A stretch of DNA of 64,000 nt from a virus (lineage: Duplodnaviria > Caudoviricetes), in the IMG/VR virus record IMGVR_UViG_3300013383_000017, positions 77,887 through 141,886 of that record; one strand, 5' to 3'. The notes beneath the pieces are model-generated. The model made no database searches. It was not told the origin of the DNA and saw nothing but the letters and a program-made list of their open reading frames with translations. A program made the position numbers and the translations under genes. Position 1 is the first letter of the stretch, and each line of letters begins with the position of its first letter. This document shows positions 58,314-64,000 of the stretch, in pieces.

Positions 58314-58507
58314 TTACACCCTAAACCAATTTGCTAAATCAGTATACCTCAGCACTCTTACTATATTCTGCGATTCATGTACTGCAGAAAATCTAGCAAA
58401 ATAGTTATATCTTCATAACTATTGAAAACATACCAAATAGAAATAGATAATTAGATGTCATTGTTTCAAATTTCACCCAATCTCCAATCAAATTCATTTA
58501 CTTTCAT
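58314..58507 (-). pseudogene. Frameshifted remnant of a Bacteroidetes phage gene
   Basis: Pieces MKVNE / IGDWVK / VHESQNIVRV..DLANWFRV* lie across broken frames; they resemble the ELMIGDWV...VHELQ family as I recall it. Confidence 0.4.
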
Positions 58508-58604
58508 CTGTTATTAAATCTATTATCTTCTGTATTTCCTGTTCTACATAGCACCAATCTTGCAGTGTGCCAACCATTAACCCACCTTGCCTTATTTTCA
58601 TTTC

Positions 58605-58874
58605 TTAACCCTCCGAATTCGGTGTGTTTAACCTCTCATATTTTAGTTCATCTATCTCTCCATCCCAAACCTTTCCATCTTTTGTTTCAATATTATCATC
58701 TTCGTTGTAATGCCAACAATTGGGGCAATACCACTTACCACCTCTTTCTGTCCAATCAGAGTTCTCTGCATTAAACTTTGCTCCATCTTTATCCGAAGTC
58801 CAATACTCATCGTTAAGTATTTCTCCACAACAATCACATCTCATATTGAAGAAGTATTCTCTTATTATTCCCAT
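58605..58874 (-). CDS. Zn-finger hypothetical protein
   Basis: CDCC...CPNC. Confidence 0.6.
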   Translation of the reverse strand: MGIIREYFFNMRCDCCGEILNDEYWTSDKDGAKFNAENSDWTERGGKWYCPNCWHYNEDDNIETKDGKVWDGEIDELKYERLNTPNSEG

Positions 58875-58939
58875 ATCCCTATTTCTTTAATTCTTCGATA
58901 AGTGCATCGGCTAATTTTATAGCACCTCTTGCAGTAGTG

Positions 58940-59158
58940 TTATAATTTTAATTCTATATATGGTAAGCCATCCAAACCCTTATATTCTTTTGCATCTTCA
59001 GACCAGTCTACTTCTTCCTTTATCATATCAATTAGATAATCCTTGTCATATCTTGCTATAAGTTGCATTATTACATCTCGTAATTCTGCATTGGTTAAAT
59101 CTTGTGCTCGGACATGGTCAATGATAAGAGTACCATTTATAATGCTTGTTATTTTCAT
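58940..59158 (-). CDS. Hypothetical protein (probable start MKITSI)
   Basis: ORF starts 2 nt after the upstream stop. Confidence 0.5.
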   Translation of the reverse strand: MKITSIINGTLIIDHVRAQDLTNAELRDVIMQLIARYDKDYLIDMIKEEVDWSEDAKEYKGLDGLPYIELKL

Positions 59159-59160
59159 AA

Positions 59161-59538
59161 TTATTCCTCCCATTCGATTTTAATCGTTCTAATATAAAGT
59201 TCGTTACTGGTTCGCCCTGCCCCAATTGCATCTTCTTCGGTTTTATAAATCACACACCCTAAATTTAGTTCCCTGCAATTTAATTTATACATATTCACCC
59301 ACCCCTCATGCTTTTCGGGTGCAAAGAAAAGGTCAAATATATTTTCCATACCTTCGCTATATTCTCCGCTTAAAGTATAAGTCTGAAAATCTTCTGTACC
59401 ATTATCATTCCTGATTAAGGCTATGATTGGATAATCGAACATCCTATCTGTGCATATTATCCTTGCGCTCCTGCCATCTCTCGTCACAACCTTGCGTGAC
59501 GGATTGGCTAAATACTCTTTTAAATTAAATTGTTTCAT
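59161..59538 (-). CDS. Conserved Bacteroidetes phage hypothetical protein
   Basis: MKQFNLKEYLANPSRKVVTRDGRSARIICTDR..DLFFAPEKHEGWVN family pattern. Confidence 0.65.
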   Translation of the reverse strand: MKQFNLKEYLANPSRKVVTRDGRSARIICTDRMFDYPIIALIRNDNGTEDFQTYTLSGEYSEGMENIFDLFFAPEKHEGWVNMYKLNCRELNLGCVIYKTEEDAIGAGRTSNELYIRTIKIEWEE

Positions 59539-59954
59539 ATCTTATATATTTCTCTGTTATTCAATCTGTTCTGTTCCCTCTTGTAGGCTTTAATTACATA
59601 GTCGGGAACACTATTCATAATTAATTCTGACTTGATTGGATGCGCTTCCTTTGCTGCTTGTAGCCACTCGTTGAAATTAAAGGATATTTTCAGTTTAAGT
59701 TTGGTGAGTTGCATAGATGCCTCCTCGTATGCCAATCTCGCATTTTCCTCGAATACAAGCACTTGCGCAGAATTGTATCTTATGCGGTCTTCTTTCTCGC
59801 TTTCTGACATCTCCTGCCAATAATCATATCCTACAAAATAAGCATACTTATCTCGTAGTTCGTTATATAACCCAAGTCGCATCCCCAACTCGGTCATAGC
59901 ATCGCCCACTGCCTTGCAGTCGACTACTATCAATCTTTGTTCTTCTGCTGTCAT
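59535..59954 (-). CDS. Hypothetical protein
   Basis: 139 aa, ATGA-coupled at both ends. Confidence 0.6.
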   Translation of the reverse strand: MTAEEQRLIVVDCKAVGDAMTELGMRLGLYNELRDKYAYFVGYDYWQEMSESEKEDRIRYNSAQVLVFEENARLAYEEASMQLTKLKLKISFNFNEWLQAAKEAHPIKSELIMNSVPDYVIKAYKREQNRLNNREIYKI

Positions 59955-60232
59955 CGTTCATTGCATATATTATCCATCATCTTCTCCCCCTCTTTTTCGC
60001 CAAGTAGCATAAAAAACTCTACATCCTTTGTGTTTGTCCTTATGCGTATTGAACGAGAATGCGTCCCTCCAATAACCTCTAACTGCCCCACTCCGAACTC
60101 ATGCGCCATATCTACAAGTCCACAAGAGTACACATACCAGTGTCGGCTACACTCATCTTCCGTGTCATGCACACCATTACATACTAATTCAGTGTGCCCT
60201 TTTTCTTCTTTAAAAATCCAATAATGTTTCAT
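59951..60232 (-). CDS. Hypothetical protein (probable start MKHYWIF)
   Basis: ATG follows an A-rich leader; the longer listed ORF overlaps another gene. Confidence 0.5.
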   Translation of the reverse strand: MKHYWIFKEEKGHTELVCNGVHDTEDECSRHWYVYSCGLVDMAHEFGVGQLEVIGGTHSRSIRIRTNTKDVEFFMLLGEKEGEKMMDNICNER

Positions 60233-60309
60233 TTTTTTCTTTTTTTGAGTTGTCAAAGGTTTTTTGACAACTGGTTTTCTGTCGCTTTTGTTCGTGCTTT
60301 GCAGAGCCT

Positions 60310-60483
60310 TTATTCTTCGAACCAACACAAATCCTGCAAGTATTCCAAATACTCTGGGTTGTGCTCCCATACTACACCCGTTCCACCGCAGAGGGTGCAT
60401 TCTATATATTTGCCGTCCTCATCCTGCCCCTTATATCCCGTGCCCTTACAGATAGGGCAATCAATATATAAATCCTCTTCCAT
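60310..60483 (-). CDS. Small protein with DnaJ-type Zn-finger repeats
   Basis: CPICKGTG...CTLCGGTG. Confidence 0.6.
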   Translation of the reverse strand: MEEDLYIDCPICKGTGYKGQDEDGKYIECTLCGGTGVVWEHNPEYLEYLQDLCWFEE

Positions 60484-60683
60484 TATTTTTTCCCAATTAA
60501 TTTCCAACTCTCTTCGTCGAGTGGGATGCAACATCCGTCGAAACAGATAGTATTATCTATATCCCCTATCCGCCTTACTTCGTGGTAGATTGTCCCATTG
60601 CAATTCATCCTCTCGACATATATACCCGTTCCCCACATATCGTAGGTAGTGTTACGGCATACTACTATATCTCCTGCTTGCAT
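60483..60683 (-). CDS. Hypothetical protein
   Basis: 66 aa, coupled ORF. Confidence 0.5.
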   Translation of the reverse strand: MQAGDIVVCRNTTYDMWGTGIYVERMNCNGTIYHEVRRIGDIDNTICFDGCCIPLDEESWKLIGKK

Positions 60684-60904
60684 CTCTTAATCCTTTGTGC
60701 GACCTCCCAAGTGCCGCAGATTATATAATATACTACCATCGGTATCAATACGCAGATACCGAACATACGCAAATAGGACACGGGCACATCACACACAAAT
60801 ATGTGACATACTCCGCATCCTACTATTCCTAATACTCCTATTCCTCCGAGTACTACCATACTCCAGAATAGAACATTTAATAGAATTTCTTTAATCTTTT
60901 TCAT
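60665..60904 (-). CDS. Small membrane protein
   Basis: Two hydrophobic helices; directly downstream of a promoter. Confidence 0.55.
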   Translation of the reverse strand: MKKIKEILLNVLFWSMVVLGGIGVLGIVGCGVCHIFVCDVPVSYLRMFGICVLIPMVVYYIICGTWEVAQRIKRCKQEI

Positions 60905-60926
60905 ACCTTTTATGTTTTTGTTTCTG

Positions 60927-60958
60927 CAAAGGTAGAAATAAAATTTGAATTGTGCAAA
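60927..60958 (-). promoter_or_regulatory. Bacteroidetes housekeeping-sigma promoter
   Basis: TTTG-N20-TACCTTTG, exact consensus. Confidence 0.75.
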
Positions 60959-60964
60959 TATTTT

Positions 60965-61450
60965 TTACCAATTTTTTAATCTTGCATATTCTGCAATAAG
61001 CAAACTATCTCTGTCTGAATGGTTTACATCGTTAAAAATCGGATACAATCTATTGCCAATTTGTAGGCTCATTGACTTCAATTCGTCCTTTTCAGTCCCT
61101 CTGGGCAGAATTTCCTTCTGCCATTCCTTGCTATCGATATAGCGCAAAGGCAATCCCAATTCCTCTATCAATATCAGTTCCGCTTCGTGGCATCGCAATG
61201 CCACCGCACTCGCTATAAACCTCGTAGGATTGACCATTGGACGCTCCATAACCACTAACACCTCCGCGCCTTTATAAGGCTCTAAAATCGCCTTTAAAGT
61301 GCCATAATCGAGCCGTGTTATCATCTTCTTTGCTTTCGTGTAGTCCTGCTCTTTTTTTACGGGTATCTTGCCAAAGGCTTTCTCCTGCTCGGATAGGATT
61401 GTATAAGTCCCCGTAACTCCGTTATCAATCCCGATGTAAGTCTTACTCAT
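60965..61450 (-). CDS. RuvC-like Holliday junction resolvase
   Basis: YIGIDNGVTG, VMERP, KEWQK, DRDSLLIA. Confidence 0.75.
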   Translation of the reverse strand: MSKTYIGIDNGVTGTYTILSEQEKAFGKIPVKKEQDYTKAKKMITRLDYGTLKAILEPYKGAEVLVVMERPMVNPTRFIASAVALRCHEAELILIEELGLPLRYIDSKEWQKEILPRGTEKDELKSMSLQIGNRLYPIFNDVNHSDRDSLLIAEYARLKNW

Positions 61451-62072
61451 CTTCTTCTCTATTTAGATATGTTACCACCTTGTTTGCAAGCGCAAAACAA
61501 GTATTTTTAAGTTTTTCCGCGTTATTGAGGTTACAGACAAAATCCACATTCAAGTCCCTTTCATAACTATTCGCCATCTTAATCAAGCACTTACGCATAT
61601 ATTTGAGGTGCATATTCGTTTCCCCCTTTCTGTTAGGCAAATAGACATAGAGGTTAGTCCACAACAACCCTGCAATCTGACATAGCAAGTCACATAGTAA
61701 GATGGATGCAAGCACATCCCTTGCGCTTTCTCCATAGGCATCTAATGCCGTGTAGAGTTCCATTTTGCACATCTCGATATAGTTATGCAATTCAGTCCCA
61801 AGATTGTCCATCTCGTCCATCATAAAATCCGCTTCGTCCATTGTAAGCGTGCGGAACAAGTCCGAATTAAACGCTTTATACTCTTTTGCAAAGTCGGTAA
61901 GATACTTCCGCGCTTCGTGCTTAAACTCCCTGTTTTTTATCTCCTTACAATAGATTTGATATGCTATATCCATAAGGTAGTAAGGCGCAAGTAATGCAGT
62001 TGCATCCCCCTTTACTTCCATCTGCTTGTACTGTCGGAAGTACTTAATCGCTATATCCTTGTATTGTTTCAT
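61443..62072 (-). CDS. Hypothetical protein
   Basis: 209 aa, coupled ORF. Confidence 0.6.
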   Translation of the reverse strand: MKQYKDIAIKYFRQYKQMEVKGDATALLAPYYLMDIAYQIYCKEIKNREFKHEARKYLTDFAKEYKAFNSDLFRTLTMDEADFMMDEMDNLGTELHNYIEMCKMELYTALDAYGESARDVLASILLCDLLCQIAGLLWTNLYVYLPNRKGETNMHLKYMRKCLIKMANSYERDLNVDFVCNLNNAEKLKNTCFALANKVVTYLNREEDE

Positions 62073-63358
62073 ATTTCAACAAAATGTGTATAGTTTTCAT
62101 TTCCCCTGCAAGCAATTTTCAGTCCTCCACCTGCTCCTGCTCTATTCTTCTGCAAGTACATATTAACCTCGTTAGTATTCTCGCCGAACTCATTGCGTAC
62201 CCTTTCAAGCATTATTACGATATCTGCATCCTGCTCGATTGAGCCACTATCCCGCAAGTCTTGTAGTTGTGGTGTTCTGTTAGCCGCATCGCGGTTCAAC
62301 TGGCATAGTAACACGATAGGTATTTTTAAACTTTTGGCAAGTTTCTTCAATCGCTTCGTCATCTCCGTCACCTGCCTATATAGGTTCTTGTCGCTATCGC
62401 TTGTGCTCATCAGTTGCAGATAATCGATATAGACGATATCGCACCTCCCTTTGAGGGCGTTGAGCGTTATTGCAGTGCAGACATCATCCGCAGTTGCTTG
62501 CGCATCGTCAAACCACATCTTGCCGTTGTTGAGCATTTGCTTCGCCTTGTCGAAATTCTCCCAATCTACTTTGCCTGCTGCTATATCTCTTTTGTCAAGC
62601 AATCCCGTACTCGATAGCAACCTTTCTCCAAGTTCGATATTGGTCATCTCCAAAGACAAGATTAAAGCATTATAGCCGGCTATTGTCGCCGCTCTTGCCA
62701 TCTGCATCATAAACATCGATTTTCCGACCGATGGGCGTGCCGCCAAGACTACCAAGTTGCCTGCCGTAAATCCGCCGTAGGTAAACCAATTTAAAGTGCT
62801 AAAACCTGTTGTTATATGGGTTTCTGTTCCCTTGCTGACTTTCTCTGCTATCTCGTTAATCACCTCGCCTACACTTCGGGTTGTTTCGGAGTTCATATCT
62901 TGTTCGAGTGTGCGTGTCAGCGCAGTGGGTGCATCCATTACCTCCGATAGTTGCGTGGCTTCATTGCTTGCTATTTGGAGGTTTCGTATGGCTTCAAAAT
63001 ATAACCTACGGCGTTGCATCACTACTTGCAGTGTGGTTATATGGCTTCGCACTTGCATATCTGTGCCATATCCGATTTGAGATGCAATTTGATTAAGGAA
63101 ATAGGTCTTATCTACCCTTGCACATACGGATACCATATCGATAGTTTCGCGGGCATCGTACATTGCTCGTAATACTTTGTAGACTTCTTTCGCATCTCTG
63201 TCGTAGAATAGTCCCTCACATAGGATATTTAGGTTTTCGGGTATTAATTCGGGACTTGTGATTAACTCGAATAATAGTTTCCTTTCGAGGTTCTCCTCGT
63301 AGGGAATAGGGAACTCTGCAAGTTGCAGAGGCTCTCTAAAATCTGTGTTTCTTTTCAT
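62069..63358 (-). CDS. dnaB: Canonical replicative DNA helicase
   Basis: AARPSVGKS, SLEM, IDYLQL, LCQLNR, DLRDSGSIEQDAD, QKNR. Confidence 0.93.
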   Translation of the reverse strand: MKRNTDFREPLQLAEFPIPYEENLERKLLFELITSPELIPENLNILCEGLFYDRDAKEVYKVLRAMYDARETIDMVSVCARVDKTYFLNQIASQIGYGTDMQVRSHITTLQVVMQRRRLYFEAIRNLQIASNEATQLSEVMDAPTALTRTLEQDMNSETTRSVGEVINEIAEKVSKGTETHITTGFSTLNWFTYGGFTAGNLVVLAARPSVGKSMFMMQMARAATIAGYNALILSLEMTNIELGERLLSSTGLLDKRDIAAGKVDWENFDKAKQMLNNGKMWFDDAQATADDVCTAITLNALKGRCDIVYIDYLQLMSTSDSDKNLYRQVTEMTKRLKKLAKSLKIPIVLLCQLNRDAANRTPQLQDLRDSGSIEQDADIVIMLERVRNEFGENTNEVNMYLQKNRAGAGGGLKIACRGNENYTHFVEI

Positions 63359-64000
63359 ATTCTTCTATGTATTTTTTCGCATCCATTGTAGGCACTTCTG
63401 AATATTGCGCCTGTGGTTGTGTTTGGGGTTGTCTTGTATATCTTGCCTTACGTTCTTCATCGTTGCGCTTCCAAGTTTGCAGTCTTCTTTTTAGTTCCCA
63501 TGTTTTTTCTTTCTCAAACCGCATTTTTTTACCGCCGAACTCTGTCCAGTAATCGCAGAATGCTCGTATCATTCTTTCTCCATATTCGGCTTCGTACATT
63601 TCGGCTTCCGCTCGGAACTTATCTTCGCGTTCTTCCCTTGTGAGAGAGGGGGGTGCTGGCGTTGTATGGGGGGAGAGAGTCACTTCGTGACTATTTTTGT
63701 TTTTAAGGTTGATACCTTCGGTTTTAGTACTACCCTTTACTACATTGGTAGGATTGGTCAGTGGGTAGTTTGAACTTTTTTCTTTGCTAAAACTATTTAT
63801 AGTTTTAGTTTCTTTATTATATATATTATTATTATATATATTATTATCTTTTGTTGGTTGTTTTAACCAATCGTCAGTTGAATTAACCACTGGACAGTTA
63901 TTTTCACCAAAGAGGGATAGTGTTTTTTCGGTTAGGGCATACCAATTTGTTTTTAGCATTTTGTTATTGCTATAATTCCCCTTAATTATATAATTACCCT
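63336..64000 (-). CDS. Phage replication initiator-like protein, 5'-truncated by the window edge
   Basis: Frame is open to the window end (GNYIIKGNYSNNKMLKTNWYALT); C-terminal FCDYWTE..KMRFEKEKTW..RRLQTW domain; directly upstream of dnaB. Confidence 0.65.
   Translation of the reverse strand, partial: GNYIIKGNYSNNKMLKTNWYALTEKTLSLFGENNCPVVNSTDDWLKQPTKDNNIYNNNIYNKETKTINSFSKEKSSNYPLTNPTNVVKGSTKTEGINLKNKNSHEVTLSPHTTPAPPSLTREEREDKFRAEAEMYEAEYGERMIRAFCDYWTEFGGKKMRFEKEKTWELKRRLQTWKRNDEERKARYTRQPQTQPQAQYSEVPTMDAKKYIEEYEKKHRF

Noticed and set aside
1219-63975. Numerous 60-140 aa ORFs antisense to or nested in long genes
   Set aside because: They are shadow frames with low-complexity F/S/L/I composition and no motifs, expected from strand-biased AT-rich coding DNA.

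Overview
About 1-58.5 kb is an AT-rich, CpG-poor genome segment of a crAss-like phage (Crassvirales, Bacteroidetes host), read with the standard genetic code. The + strand (1-13.6 kb) carries tail ring/muzzle genes and three cargo (ejection) protein genes. These converge at a bidirectional terminator on a - strand pair: a 1346-aa cargo protein and a 3429-aa virion RNA polymerase (GSDFDID) fused to a RecD/Dda-like helicase and a SLOG-like domain. A long - strand replication and metabolism block follows: thyX, ferredoxin:thioredoxin reductase-like protein, GroEL, thioredoxin, phosphoesterase, polA, aspartic protease, dut, nrdG/nrdD, nucleases, ung, primase, SSB, AAA ATPase, DnaB-like and SF2 helicases, and RNA ligase. 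polA, nrdD and the DnaB-like gene each contain a group I intron whose splice sites can be placed to the base; nrdD also has an intein. The main finding is an apparently complete phage-encoded ubiquitin-like conjugation operon at 43.6-47.8 kb: Ubl precursor, E2-like, JAB protease, E1/ThiF and one unknown gene. Beyond about 58.5-59.2 kb the sequence becomes clearly GC- and CpG-richer and holds a lambda-style Bacteroidetes phage replication module (initiator, canonical DnaB, RuvC-like). That is either a mosaic junction or a chimeric assembly. All family assignments come from motif recognition by eye; no database search was run.
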